Positions 17,223 through 27,006 of a stretch of 45,204 nt of DNA are shown here, one piece after another. Within the stretch, counting starts at the first letter, position 1. Each line of letters opens with the position of its first letter. Source of the DNA: Escherichia phage vB_EcoS_L-h 1M; the sequence record NC_073086.1; one strand, 5' to 3'. Both the position numbers and the translations under genes were made by a program. Under the pieces are notes generated by a model, which was not told the DNA's origin, made no database searches, and saw only the letters and a list, made by a program, of their open reading frames with translations.

Positions 17223-18607
17223 TGCGTAACTATGCGGCAGAACATCGCGCCCTTGAACGAGCGATCGCAAAGCGAAACAGACCGCCGCGCCCGACACGCG
17301 TTGCGCAGGCCGTCCGCCTTTACCAGCCTGATTGCCTTCCGCACCAGGTGGAACTACTGCGCGACACGAAGACTAAAATCATCGGCCTGTGTTCCGGCTT
17401 CGGTGGCGGTAAGTCATGGGTCGCGGCGAGAAAGGTCATCCAGCTTTTAACACTAAACCCCGGTCATGATGGCATCGTAACAGAACCGACTATTCCCCTC
17501 CTGGTTAAAATCATGTACCCGGAATTGGAAAAGGCATTCGACGAGGCGGGCTTCAGGTGGAAGTTTAACAAGCAGGACAAGATTTATAGCGTGCTGGTGA
17601 AAGGCAAGTGGACGCGCGTAATCTGTGAGTCAATGGAAAACTACACCCGCCTAATCGGGGTCAACGCCGCGTGGATTGTTGCCGATGAGTTCGATACCAC
17701 GAAACAAGACGTCGCAATGGCGGCTTACCACAAATTGCTTGGTCGTCTGCGTGCTGGCTTGGTGCGCCAGTTCGTCATCGTGTCCACGCCTGAAGGCTTC
17801 CGGGCGATGTATCAGATTTTCGAAGTGGAGAAGGATAGCCAAAAACGTTTGATCCGGGCGAAGACTACCGATAATCACCACTTACCGGCAGACTTTATCG
17901 ACACTCTGCGCAGCCAGTACCCTGCTAACCTGATTGATGCGTACCTGAACGGTATGTTTGTCAACCTTACGTCGGGCGCGGTATACAAGATGTTCAATCG
18001 TGAGGAGAACGCCAGCACCGAAGAAGTGCAGCCGGAAGACACGCTGATTATCGGGATGGACTTTAACGTCACGAAAATGGCGGCGGTCGTGTACGTCAGA
18101 CGGCAGCGCATCACCGAAAACAAGGAGTTCCGCGACGAGATTCACGCAGTGGATGAATTCGTGGACCTGTTCGATACCCCGGCTATGATTGAGGCGATCG
18201 AGGAGCGCTACCCCGATCATTGTGCTGCCGGTCGGGTCGTCGTTTACCCGGATAGCAGTGGCAAGTCTCGTAAGACTGTTAACGCATCGTCGTCCGATAT
18301 AGCGCAACTGGAAGACGCAGGCTTCGAGGTGGAATACGACAGCGTTAACCCACCTGTGAAAGACCGATTGATCGCGATGAATACGATGATGTGCAACTCG
18401 AAGGGCGTGCGCCAGTATTTTGTCAACCTGGATAAATGCCCTACACTAGCGAAATGTCTGGAACAGCAGGTTTACGACCTGAAGAAAGGCGAGCCGGATA
18501 AAACCGCCGGTGTGGACCACATGAACGATGCCGCGGGTTATCCAATTGCGCACCTGTTCCCAGTGATTCGTCCGATCGCCGTTGTTCCAACTGTAGACTT
18601 CTACTAA
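17222..18607 (+). CDS. terminase large subunit
   Basis: 461 aa; Walker A 'GFGGGKS', Walker B 'WIVADEFD'; position before portal. Confidence 0.85.
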   Translation: MRNYAAEHRALERAIAKRNRPPRPTRVAQAVRLYQPDCLPHQVELLRDTKTKIIGLCSGFGGGKSWVAARKVIQLLTLNPGHDGIVTEPTIPLLVKIMYPELEKAFDEAGFRWKFNKQDKIYSVLVKGKWTRVICESMENYTRLIGVNAAWIVADEFDTTKQDVAMAAYHKLLGRLRAGLVRQFVIVSTPEGFRAMYQIFEVEKDSQKRLIRAKTTDNHHLPADFIDTLRSQYPANLIDAYLNGMFVNLTSGAVYKMFNREENASTEEVQPEDTLIIGMDFNVTKMAAVVYVRRQRITENKEFRDEIHAVDEFVDLFDTPAMIEAIEERYPDHCAAGRVVVYPDSSGKSRKTVNASSSDIAQLEDAGFEVEYDSVNPPVKDRLIAMNTMMCNSKGVRQYFVNLDKCPTLAKCLEQQVYDLKKGEPDKTAGVDHMNDAAGYPIAHLFPVIRPIAVVPTVDFY

Positions 18608-18618
18608 GGAAACCGACC

Positions 18619-20139
18619 ATGACCGTTAACGTTGACAACCAGCACCCGCTCTATGCGCGCATCGCGCCCGAGTGGAAAATGATCCGTGACTGTGTAGCGG
18701 GGGAGCGCGCCGTTAAGGCGTGCGGCCCCTTATACCTGCCACACCCAGCCAGTGGCGACAACACTGACCCGAAATCACGGGCGCGGTATAAGGCGTACAA
18801 GCAACGCGCTGTATTCCTGAACGCCACCGCCCGCACACTTAACGCGCTGTTAGGCGTTGCCTTTGCTAAACCGGTGAGTCTTGACCTTTCCGGGGCGATG
18901 GCTGACCTGATTGACGACGTAGACGGCAGCGGTATGCCGCTGCCGCAACTCCTGCGCGGTGCTATGTCTGAAGTTCTGCAATCAGGCCGTGCGGGCTTTA
19001 TGGTCGACTACGACCGTCAGGCGCATTTTGATGAACTGGGTAACGTAGTGCCGCAGACAGCCGCCGAGATGGCGTCACACCGCCCGCTTATCCGCCTGTA
19101 CACGGCAGAACAGATCATCAACTGGCGGCAGACCCACGGCGTCGATACGCTAATTGTGCTGAAGGAAACGGACGAAATCAGCACTGAAGACCCGGACGAC
19201 TTCGCAAACCACGAAGTAACAATCTGGACCGAGCTTCGCATGATTAACGGTGCAGCACACGCCCGCCGCTGGTACTACAACGCCGACACGTCCGAGGTGC
19301 AAATGGACTTGCCGCGTGGATTCACCCGCACCGACCTGGTGCCGCTGGTGGATGCTACCGGTAAGGCGCTGACACAACTTCCGTTTTGCTGGTGTGGCGC
19401 GGTGGACAACAACGCAACGCCAGACGCCGCTCCGCTGGCAGATATCGCATCCATCAACATTAAGCACTACAACGCCGAAGCGGACGTCGCCGAGATTGCG
19501 CACATCGTGGGCCAACCTACCCTGGTAGCAACTGGCTTGACTCAATCATGGGCGGACAAAAACCTGAAAGGCGGCATCGCGCTCGGAGCGACTAAGGGCG
19601 TTATTCTGGGTCAGAACATGGACGCTAAACTGATTCAGGCCGAGGAGCGCAACTTGTCGGTCGCACTGTGTGAGCGACGCGAATTGCAAATGGCTAAACT
19701 TGGCGCGGCCCTGGTCGAGAAGGGGACCGCACCTAAGACGGCAACCGAGGCGGCCTATGATGCGCAGACTGATAACAGTATCCTGTCGCTTATTGCCGGT
19801 AACGTTGAGAAGGCTTTCAACCGCGCGTTGCAAATTGTCCAACTATTCACGGGCGACACCGCCGACCAGCGCGTAACGCTGAATAAGTTCTACACAGAAA
19901 TCACGGTTGATGCGCAGCTTATGACCGCGATGATGTCGGGTGTGCAGACTGGCACGGTCCGCCTGGCGGATTTCATCAAGTGGATGATGGCGCAGGGCGT
20001 CATCGACGACTCGCAAACCGTCGAGCAGGTGGAAGACGAATTGCGAAATCAGAATCCATTGCCTCAAATGTCCCCCGATGCGGTAGAATCTACCGAAGAA
20101 GACCCGGACAAGGTAGCGGACAATGGCGAAGACAATTAA
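18619..20139 (+). CDS. portal protein
   Basis: 506 aa, immediately after large terminase, acidic C-terminus. Confidence 0.7.
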   Translation: MTVNVDNQHPLYARIAPEWKMIRDCVAGERAVKACGPLYLPHPASGDNTDPKSRARYKAYKQRAVFLNATARTLNALLGVAFAKPVSLDLSGAMADLIDDVDGSGMPLPQLLRGAMSEVLQSGRAGFMVDYDRQAHFDELGNVVPQTAAEMASHRPLIRLYTAEQIINWRQTHGVDTLIVLKETDEISTEDPDDFANHEVTIWTELRMINGAAHARRWYYNADTSEVQMDLPRGFTRTDLVPLVDATGKALTQLPFCWCGAVDNNATPDAAPLADIASINIKHYNAEADVAEIAHIVGQPTLVATGLTQSWADKNLKGGIALGATKGVILGQNMDAKLIQAEERNLSVALCERRELQMAKLGAALVEKGTAPKTATEAAYDAQTDNSILSLIAGNVEKAFNRALQIVQLFTGDTADQRVTLNKFYTEITVDAQLMTAMMSGVQTGTVRLADFIKWMMAQGVIDDSQTVEQVEDELRNQNPLPQMSPDAVESTEEDPDKVADNGEDN

Positions 20140-21226
20140 TCAATATATGGCGGATCGCATGATCCGCCGTCACATCTTCACCCAGCGCCTGAGCAATGAC
20201 CAGGCGCGGAGGGTGCTGGCTATGTGGGAGAAGTTCCGGCCCGCTTTACTGGGTAAGTTGACCGAGTTACTTGATGGGAAAAAGTCCATGAGCAACAAGG
20301 CACTTACCACACTTTTAACGCAACTCGACAAGACCGTCAAAACGGAACTGCGCACCGAGTTTAAGGCACTGGCTGAAAGCCTTCAGGAGTTTGCAGACAC
20401 GGAGGCTGATTATCTCGCCGACACATTAACGGCAGCGATCCAGCCGGTGGTCGCAGTACCTGCGATCGAGGTGGTGGGTGTAGTGACCGGTGCGCAGATC
20501 GCAGCGACTGCGATGAAAAACCCGTTCCAGGGAAATACCATGATGCAATGGCCTGACTCACTTTCTGAGTGGACCAGGACGCAGATCGGTAATCAGGTGC
20601 GAGCGGGATTCATCCAGGGCAAGCCGACGATGGAAATTATCGCGGACGTGAGGCGCGCGCTAGGTGGTCGTAGTGCGCAAGCTATCTCGAGCGTTGTTAA
20701 GTCCGCAGTCAATCACTATGCGGCTACCGCCCGAGAACTAATGGTAAAAGCAAATGACGATATTCTCGAAGGTCGCCAATGGTTATCTACATTGGACACG
20801 CATACTTCTCCCATGTGCCAGCTACGCGATCGCCTGTTTTATCCGGTTGATGTTACTCCCGACACCAAAGGAAAGCGCGGCGGGAAAATGGTGGCTGGGT
20901 CACAATATGGCGCTGGTCCGGGCAAGTTGCATTATTGTTGCCGGTCTACGGAGACGTGGAAGGTTAAAGGCATGGAAGATTGGCCCAGTGGTAAGCGTCC
21001 GGCGCTGAAGGCTGACGCGGGTCGATTGCTGAGTGAGCAGGTCGACGCGCAGACTGATTTCTTCTCATGGGTGCGGCGCCAGCCGCGCCATATCCTGGAA
21101 GAATTATACGGAGTGCAACGCGCCGACCAGATTATGCGCGGCGTGAAAGTGCCGAAGATGTTTACCGATTCTGGCGAACTGATGACTATCGCACAGCTTA
21201 AAAACCGGGGGTTATGGCATGATTAA
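20123..21226 (+). CDS. head morphogenesis / minor capsid protein (Mu F / SPP1 gp7-like)
   Basis: 367 aa following portal; overall resemblance to Mu F-type proteins. Confidence 0.55.
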   Translation: MAKTINQYMADRMIRRHIFTQRLSNDQARRVLAMWEKFRPALLGKLTELLDGKKSMSNKALTTLLTQLDKTVKTELRTEFKALAESLQEFADTEADYLADTLTAAIQPVVAVPAIEVVGVVTGAQIAATAMKNPFQGNTMMQWPDSLSEWTRTQIGNQVRAGFIQGKPTMEIIADVRRALGGRSAQAISSVVKSAVNHYAATARELMVKANDDILEGRQWLSTLDTHTSPMCQLRDRLFYPVDVTPDTKGKRGGKMVAGSQYGAGPGKLHYCCRSTETWKVKGMEDWPSGKRPALKADAGRLLSEQVDAQTDFFSWVRRQPRHILEELYGVQRADQIMRGVKVPKMFTDSGELMTIAQLKNRGLWHD

Positions 21227-21548
21227 ATATGCAGCGATTGGACTGGTTATCGGTCTGGCGGTAGGATTCTGGCTAGGTGACTCCTATCGCGCTGGCGTAG
21301 TGGCGGAGGCGGCGCAAGAAGCGCAAGCCAAAGCCCAACGGCAGCAAACTAAAGTTGTGGAGCGCTCCGTGCAGGCCGAACAGGCCCGCGACGTGGAATA
21401 CCGGACTATCACGAAAGAGGTTGTTAAATATGTTACGCGCCCTAACCGCCCTGATTGTAGTTTTGATGCTGAGCGCGTGCGGATCAAGCAACGCGCCGTT
21501 GATGCCGCTAACGGAGTCGGCACTGCGACCGCCGTGCAAGTTCGATAG
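21219..21548 (+). CDS. i-spanin (Rz-like)
   Basis: N-terminal TM 'AAIGLVIGLAVGFWLG' then charged coiled region 'AQEAQAKAQRQQ'; overlaps lipoprotein ORF. Confidence 0.55.
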   Translation: MIKYAAIGLVIGLAVGFWLGDSYRAGVVAEAAQEAQAKAQRQQTKVVERSVQAEQARDVEYRTITKEVVKYVTRPNRPDCSFDAERVRIKQRAVDAANGVGTATAVQVR

Positions 21549-21660
21549 CCCGTCCGCAGACCCCGACGAGGATTTGATGATTGACGTGAAAAATATGGAA
21601 TGCGGGGCGAAGCTAAGGGCGCAGGTGCTGGAGTTGCAGCAAATAATTAAGGGGCCGTAA
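21430..21660 (+). CDS. o-spanin (Rz1-like outer-membrane lipoprotein)
   Basis: ATG 21430; signal peptide with lipobox 'VLMLSAC'; Pro-rich mature part; out-of-frame overlap with i-spanin. Confidence 0.55.
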   Translation: MLRALTALIVVLMLSACGSSNAPLMPLTESALRPPCKFDSPSADPDEDLMIDVKNMECGAKLRAQVLELQQIIKGP

Positions 21661-21672
21661 TGGCCCCTTTTT
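21651..21672. terminator. bidirectional terminator between convergent genes
   Basis: stem GGGGCC / GGCCCC, T5 downstream on + strand, A/T-rich on the other side. Confidence 0.55.
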
Positions 21673-21674
21673 CG

Positions 21675-22439
21675 TTAGCGCGGAATACCGCAAATCTCGT
21701 TGAGAGTTTTCACATCCAGCGCCACCGCCGTGGATTTTGGCTTATCCGGGTAAGGGATGAATTGCTCAACTTCAGGCCATGCCTTAATCAGCTTCTTATC
21801 GGTATTGTGCATGTCCAGCACACCGGTAACGGTAAACTTGAATGCGTCATACTTAGCACGCAACTCACGGCGGGCCTTGTCGTTACGGTCAAGGCGCTTG
21901 CAGAAGTCATGATCTGCCGGGAAATCCGCACGGCAGCGTGGCTTATAGATCGGCAGCGATTTTCCGTCCTCGTCCACTTCACACACTGAAGCCAACATAA
22001 CTGTCTCGAACCCCGGAACGATATCTCCGAGATCAGGCGAGAGCGTATTCATATATTTCTCTTCCCAGTATCCGCGATGTACGCGGTATTGGCGACCGTC
22101 ACCGCTCAAGGACAAGATGCGAACATTGCCGCCTGCGTTGATTTCAAAGGTGGCGTCGTAAACGCTGCCGATACCCTTCGGGCGATCTGTGTCATAGCGA
22201 TATGTTGCCTTGTTGGTGTATACGCTGACGTTGTACATCTGCGACTGGTCGTCGCGGATTGCCTTGATATGCTCGCGGAGCGCTGCGAACGTGCGAATGC
22301 CTTCCGGCATACAGTCCAGCGTGATTGCGTACGCCAGGTCGCGAGAGTCCATCATGATTGTTTTGGCTTCGGTAGCGATTTCGTGGTCGCGCAGGATGTT
22401 AGCCAGGATCTGATTTTTAATGTCTTTCGTCAGTCTCAT
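21675..22439 (-). CDS. hypothetical protein (opposite-strand cassette in structural module)
   Basis: 254-aa ORF antisense to surrounding late genes; shares bidirectional terminator at 21651-21672. Confidence 0.5.
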   Translation of the reverse strand: MRLTKDIKNQILANILRDHEIATEAKTIMMDSRDLAYAITLDCMPEGIRTFAALREHIKAIRDDQSQMYNVSVYTNKATYRYDTDRPKGIGSVYDATFEINAGGNVRILSLSGDGRQYRVHRGYWEEKYMNTLSPDLGDIVPGFETVMLASVCEVDEDGKSLPIYKPRCRADFPADHDFCKRLDRNDKARRELRAKYDAFKFTVTGVLDMHNTDKKLIKAWPEVEQFIPYPDKPKSTAVALDVKTLNEICGIPR

Positions 22440-22478
22440 TTTTATGTCCTCATTTTAGGGGCTTTCGCCACGATTGGT

Positions 22479-22793
22479 TTAGTTGAATTTGATGTTGCCA
22501 CCGGTGGAAGTTAAGCGGGCACATACAGCTTCAACGGCATCGACGCACATGAAATCGTTAAAGGCTTCGACCAGGGCGTTTATGAAAGATGCCGGAACCA
22601 GGCCGCAAGCCGGATTATCGAATATCGCGGAGTTGATCGCCGCTTTTGCCGCTTCAGAAGCATTCATGCTCTGGCACAGATTCAGCGCTTCCGCGTTACG
22701 CATTGCGTGAAAGGTAAAGGTATTAGCTACGGTAGCTTTATTGAAACGGGCCATTGCGGCGTCTACTGGAGTTGCTACGGTCATGTTAGTCAT
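22479..22793 (-). CDS. hypothetical protein (first gene of opposite-strand cassette)
   Basis: ATG 22791-22793 (rc) with AAGGAAG RBS; preceded by TTGCAA-N18-TATATT promoter carrying the ATTGGTTGCAC motif twice. Confidence 0.45.
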   Translation of the reverse strand: MTNMTVATPVDAAMARFNKATVANTFTFHAMRNAEALNLCQSMNASEAAKAAINSAIFDNPACGLVPASFINALVEAFNDFMCVDAVEAVCARLTSTGGNIKFN

Positions 22794-22828
22794 TTTGTCT
22801 TCCTTCATATCTCTGTTGGTGTGCAACC

Positions 22829-22858
22829 AATATAGTGCAACCAATACGCGGATTGCAA
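22829..22858 (-). promoter_or_regulatory. leftward promoter of opposite-strand cassette
   Basis: minus strand TTGCAA - 18 bp - TATATT then GGTTGCACACCAACAGAG leader; ATTGGTTGCAC twice. Confidence 0.45.
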
Positions 22859-22865
22859 GCGAATT

Positions 22866-22893
22866 TTGCGATTATTTTTATCGCTGATAATAT
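22866..22893 (+). promoter_or_regulatory. promoter candidate for scaffold/capsid operon
   Basis: TTGCGA - 16 bp - TAATAT, ~55 bp upstream of scaffold ATG. Confidence 0.3.
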
Positions 22894-22947
22894 TAAAGCG
22901 TGAAGTCGAGCGGGTGGCCTGCTCTGCCATAATCCCAGGGGGATAGC

Positions 22948-23649
22948 ATGAAACTTACTAAAGCAGAATATGACGCGTTGCCGGAAGGTATGAAGGCGCT
23001 TTTTGTTGCCGATGGCGACGGGTATAAATCAACGTTCATGACCGCAGAAGAAGTACAGGCGGAAATCAAGGGTCTGAAAGACAACAACGCTAAGCTGGTG
23101 AGCGAGAAGAAAGCAGAAGCTGAACNCCGCGCCGAAGCTGAGCGCCNTGCGAAAGAGAAAGAGGAAGCCGCCGCGCGCAAAAACGGCGACCTCGAAGCGA
23201 TCGATAAGTCCTGGAAGGATAAGTTTGCGAAACACGAAGCAGATACATCGGGAAAAATCGAAGCCTACCGCAAGCAGATCCACGACCTAACCATCGGCAG
23301 CGCTGCCAAAGACCTGGCATCGAAGCTATTCGGTAAGAATGCGGGAATAATGCAACGTCACGTTATGGATCGCCTCACTCTGGAGGACGGCGAAGACGGC
23401 AGCTTGAAAGTGCGTGTCTTGCAGGATGGCAAACCGTCCGCGCTGACTATGGAAGAGCTTGAAAAAGAGTTCCGTAATAACGCCGATTTTGCATCCGTTC
23501 TGGCTGGCACGCCAGCCGGTGGCGCGCCTAGCAAACCGACGCAGGTTGTCGAAGATGTGAAGTCGAAAATCACTATGGGCCATAGCTTCGGTATCACTGA
23601 CCTTACGAAACAGGCGGGGGATATCATCGCGAAGATGGGCGACGAGTAA
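22948..23649 (+). CDS. scaffolding protein
   Basis: 233 aa, charged coiled-coil-like 'KKAEAE.RAEAER.AKEKEEAAARK', immediately upstream of major capsid gene. Confidence 0.55.
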   Translation: MKLTKAEYDALPEGMKALFVADGDGYKSTFMTAEEVQAEIKGLKDNNAKLVSEKKAEAEXRAEAERXAKEKEEAAARKNGDLEAIDKSWKDKFAKHEADTSGKIEAYRKQIHDLTIGSAAKDLASKLFGKNAGIMQRHVMDRLTLEDGEDGSLKVRVLQDGKPSALTMEELEKEFRNNADFASVLAGTPAGGAPSKPTQVVEDVKSKITMGHSFGITDLTKQAGDIIAKMGDE

Positions 23650-23653
23650 GCAG

Positions 23654-23679
23654 ATCGCCCGCGAAAGCGGGCGATTTTG
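23654..23679 (+). terminator. rho-independent terminator / attenuator
   Basis: stem ATCGCCCGC / GCGGGCGAT, loop GAAA, T4. Confidence 0.45.
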
Positions 23680-23746
23680 CTAGCGNGGAAATCTAAGGTA
23701 ACATTAACGTCACTGGGCGAATGCTCACAACTCAAAGGATTTCGAT

Positions 23747-24841
23747 ATGTCTTTAACAGTGTTCCAGCGTAAACTCGTTACCGCGGTTACGCAAATGATC
23801 CCCGACAACCTGAACGTTTTCAACGCCGCCGCCAATGGCGCTGTTGTTCTCGGTACTGGTGAAGTGCTGAAGGATGTTATTGAGAAAATGTCCGTAGGCT
23901 TGATCGCCAACCTCGTTACCGACCGTAACGCCTACGCCCCTGTCGGCACTCCGGCAACCGCGAAAGTGCTGGCGCGTATGCTGACCAACTCGGTTAACCT
24001 GTCCGCGAAAGTGGGTCCGGTGGCAATCACTAAGGCTATGATGGCTAAGATCGAAACCAACGTTAACAGCGTTGCGGCTGAGATTGCGGCACAGGCTACT
24101 CAAGCGATTATGCTGCACTACCTAAAAGCGGGTATCGGTGCGGGTAAAGCGGCGATCGAAAGCAACGCAGCAGCAAAATACACCCAACCGGCGCGCGTTG
24201 ATGGCGTTGGCGGTCGTACCTTCCCGACCCTGGCAGACTTCCCGCTGGCGGCTTCTAAGTTCGGCGATCAGGCGTCTTTGATTAAGTCCTGGTTTATGGA
24301 CGGCGTTACCTGGGCAAACTTCATTGCGTACCAGGCGCTCCCTTCCGCTGAACAGGTATTCGCAATTGGCGATCTCCAGGTAATGGGCGATGGCCTGGGC
24401 CGTCGCTTCATTATCTCCGATGCCGCTGCCGATGCTATGGGTGCTGGTAACATGCTGGGTCTGGTCCCTGGCGCGGTTGCAGTCACCACCAACGGCCTCG
24501 ATATGCTGGCGCAGGAGAAAGGCGGTAACGAGAACATCGAACGCTGGTGGCAGGGCGAGTTCGACTTCAACGTGGCTGTTAAAGGCTACCGTCTGAAGGC
24601 GTCCGCTCGTACCCCGATCGAAGGCGTCCGCTCGTTCAAGCTGGACGATATCACCACTTCCGCTAACTGGGAACTGGACCAGGGCCAGGTAGACAACGCA
24701 CCGGCAACCGTTCAGGATGTTGGCGGTGGTAGCGATACTAAAGGCCGTCGTAAGACCCAGGCCGCACAGGCAGTGCCTACCCGTCACATCAAGGAAACCG
24801 CTGGCGTACTGGTTACGCTGACGGCGACCACAGCGTCCTGA
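23747..24841 (+). CDS. major capsid protein
   Basis: 364 aa after scaffold; followed by strong rho-independent terminator. Confidence 0.75.
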   Translation: MSLTVFQRKLVTAVTQMIPDNLNVFNAAANGAVVLGTGEVLKDVIEKMSVGLIANLVTDRNAYAPVGTPATAKVLARMLTNSVNLSAKVGPVAITKAMMAKIETNVNSVAAEIAAQATQAIMLHYLKAGIGAGKAAIESNAAAKYTQPARVDGVGGRTFPTLADFPLAASKFGDQASLIKSWFMDGVTWANFIAYQALPSAEQVFAIGDLQVMGDGLGRRFIISDAAADAMGAGNMLGLVPGAVAVTTNGLDMLAQEKGGNENIERWWQGEFDFNVAVKGYRLKASARTPIEGVRSFKLDDITTSANWELDQGQVDNAPATVQDVGGGSDTKGRRKTQAAQAVPTRHIKETAGVLVTLTATTAS

Positions 24842-24860
24842 CTAGCGCACATCCCAAATG

Positions 24861-24886
24861 GGCGGGCTTATGCCCGCCTTTTTTTA
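24861..24886 (+). terminator. rho-independent terminator after major capsid gene
   Basis: stem GGCGGGC / GCCCGCC, loop TTAT, then T8. Confidence 0.7.
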
Positions 24887-24900
24887 TAGGAGCAAATAAG

Positions 24901-25401
24901 ATGTATGGCGACCCGCAAACCTTTGTTGTTTATGCCGCTGCGCGAGGCGTTGAAATTACGCAGAGCGACGCAACGCGACACCTTACCATTGTTAATGACT
25001 TCCTTAACGGCATCGACTGGATCGGCGAACAAGCGGACCCGACCGGAATTGACGCATGGCCCCGCGTCAACTACCCGTCAGACGGTAAGCCGGTGCAAAA
25101 CACGCTTACTGAAGATTTGGCAGTAGTTCCCGCTGGGCAAATCGTAGACTTTGCATCAATCCCCGTTGCCGTTGAGCAAGCTGTTTACCGGCTGGCGATG
25201 TTGGTGGCGGATGAGATCGATATTTCTCCGGTCGGCGATGGTAAAGAGACTATTCGCGAAACGGTCGGCCCGATCACGATGGAATATGACCCGGCGTCGA
25301 TTGGTAGCGGGGTGTCATTCCCATGGTGGGATGGCTTGTTAGGCCACTGGGTTGATTCAGGCGGCAACGCAGCGGGTAATTTTGACGTATACAGGGGGTA
25401 A
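24901..25401 (+). CDS. head-tail connector/adaptor protein (putative)
   Basis: position after capsid; GGAG RBS. Confidence 0.4.
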   Translation: MYGDPQTFVVYAAARGVEITQSDATRHLTIVNDFLNGIDWIGEQADPTGIDAWPRVNYPSDGKPVQNTLTEDLAVVPAGQIVDFASIPVAVEQAVYRLAMLVADEIDISPVGDGKETIRETVGPITMEYDPASIGSGVSFPWWDGLLGHWVDSGGNAAGNFDVYRG

Positions 25402-25505
25402 TATGAATCCTGCATTACTCGCAGCTATTATCGCTGCAAATACTAAACGCCGACCGGAACAAGAACCGGAGCCAGAACCAGTACCACCGGCACAGGAGGA
25501 AGAAG

Positions 25506-25859
25506 ATGGCAGGCTTTAATTACGCAGGATTAAAGCGGAAAGTGAATCCGCTGATTAAAAAATTCGGCATGACCGTTACGGTTACGCGTCCGGGATCGGT
25601 TGACCGTGTAGACGGCGACGAAGTGGTGATCCCGCCAACGTCGTTTGACGTCATCGGTCTTCGCGAGGAGTACAAGCCGAGCGAGATCGACGGAACGCGT
25701 ATCGTTGCCGGTGATGTGAAGTTTTTATGTCGGGCGGTTGAGCAATTGCGGGNGGGCGACCTGGTTAACCTGAACGGCACTGACTACCGGGTCGTCAACC
25801 CAAACCCACTGCAACCGGCTGGCACTACCATGCTGTTTCAACTACAGCTAAGGGGCTAA
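25506..25859 (+). CDS. head closure / head-tail joining protein (putative)
   Basis: 117 aa, position in neck module. Confidence 0.4.
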   Translation: MAGFNYAGLKRKVNPLIKKFGMTVTVTRPGSVDRVDGDEVVIPPTSFDVIGLREEYKPSEIDGTRIVAGDVKFLCRAVEQLRXGDLVNLNGTDYRVVNPNPLQPAGTTMLFQLQLRG

Positions 25860-25860
25860 C

Positions 25861-26454
25861 ATGGCTGAAGTCTACTCATTCGCCGCCACTATTGCTACGT
25901 GGGTGGATAAGACGAAGGAGAACAACGATAAGGCGGTGCGGGCGTACGGGATGCAAATACTCGGACGCCTTATTGAGATCTCCCCGGTGGGCGACCCTCG
26001 CCGGTGGAAGATTAACAAGGATTATGCAATGGCCCGCCAGCACGCGAACAAGGTGAACGCCGCACAGCGCCGCAAGAATGGCGGCAAACTGAAGCGCGGG
26101 CAGAAGAAGCACGCCAGTGTGCTCATCTCATTCAAGACTAAAAACGGCAACGTCACGTTCCGACAGCGTGGCTGGGCTGCGAAGAATTACACCGGCGGAC
26201 GCTTCCGGGGAAACTGGCAGGTTACGTTCGACAGCCCGGCTGTCGGCGCTATTGACCGCGTGGACAAGGCCGGAACGGCAACATTAGCCGCGGGGCGTGA
26301 AGTGCTGGCGCATTACGATTCCGGGGAATACGGGTCGATCTGGTTTACTAACAATGTGCCGTATGCGCAGCGACTTGAGTATGGCTGGAGTAAACAAGCG
26401 CCTGCGGGGATTGTTCGCGTCGTAGCGGCAGAAATTAATTCGAAGGTGAAATAA
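25861..26454 (+). CDS. neck/tail completion protein (HK97 gp10-like, putative)
   Basis: 197 aa; 'NNVPYAQRLEYGW' resembles HK97 gp10-family motif. Confidence 0.4.
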   Translation: MAEVYSFAATIATWVDKTKENNDKAVRAYGMQILGRLIEISPVGDPRRWKINKDYAMARQHANKVNAAQRRKNGGKLKRGQKKHASVLISFKTKNGNVTFRQRGWAAKNYTGGRFRGNWQVTFDSPAVGAIDRVDKAGTATLAAGREVLAHYDSGEYGSIWFTNNVPYAQRLEYGWSKQAPAGIVRVVAAEINSKVK

Positions 26455-26876
26455 TGAGCAATACTCTAATCCGCAAGGCGCTTAACAGCGTTGTAGAAGA
26501 ATTATCGGTAAGCCTGAGCACTAACCAGCGCCCGATAAAGGTTAACTGGGAGAACGTGAGCGGCGACCNCNCCAACGGCAGNGGTGTCTACCTGGAACCG
26601 TACCTGCTTCCGGCCCCGACCCAGTTTGTGGGCTTCCAGCAGAAGGGCCGGGTCTATGCTGGCGTTTATCAGGTTGCCGTCGTGTTCCCAGCGGGAACTG
26701 GAACACAGTACGCTAGCGAACTGGCGGACGCTATCGCGACGTCGGATAAGTGGCTGGAGGTAAAGATTTCCGGCGCTGCATTCCAGCTTCAGGACGCGCC
26801 CTATACCAGTTCAGTGGTTGAGGATGTTGATCGTGCCCGCATCGTGGTCACAGTCCCCTACACCTGTTGCGCCTGA
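26454..26876 (+). CDS. major tail tube protein (putative; could instead be tail terminator)
   Basis: 140 aa directly upstream of terminator, chaperone and tape measure. Confidence 0.4.
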   Translation: MSNTLIRKALNSVVEELSVSLSTNQRPIKVNWENVSGDXXNGXGVYLEPYLLPAPTQFVGFQQKGRVYAGVYQVAVVFPAGTGTQYASELADAIATSDKWLEVKISGAAFQLQDAPYTSSVVEDVDRARIVVTVPYTCCA

Positions 26877-26967
26877 TTTGGCGCAATTCTATGCGTGCGG
26901 TATCATTAATCCGTATATCTAAACAGGAGCGTTCATTATGGGTCGCTTAAGTAGCGAGGGGTCTTAT

Positions 26968-26992
26968 GGGGCCAGCACGGCCCCTTTTTTAT
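26968..26992 (+). terminator. rho-independent terminator between tail tube candidate and chaperone
   Basis: stem GGGGCC / GGCCCC, loop AGCAC, then T6-7. Confidence 0.6.
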
Positions 26993-27006
26993 TGGAGAAT
27001 ACCACA

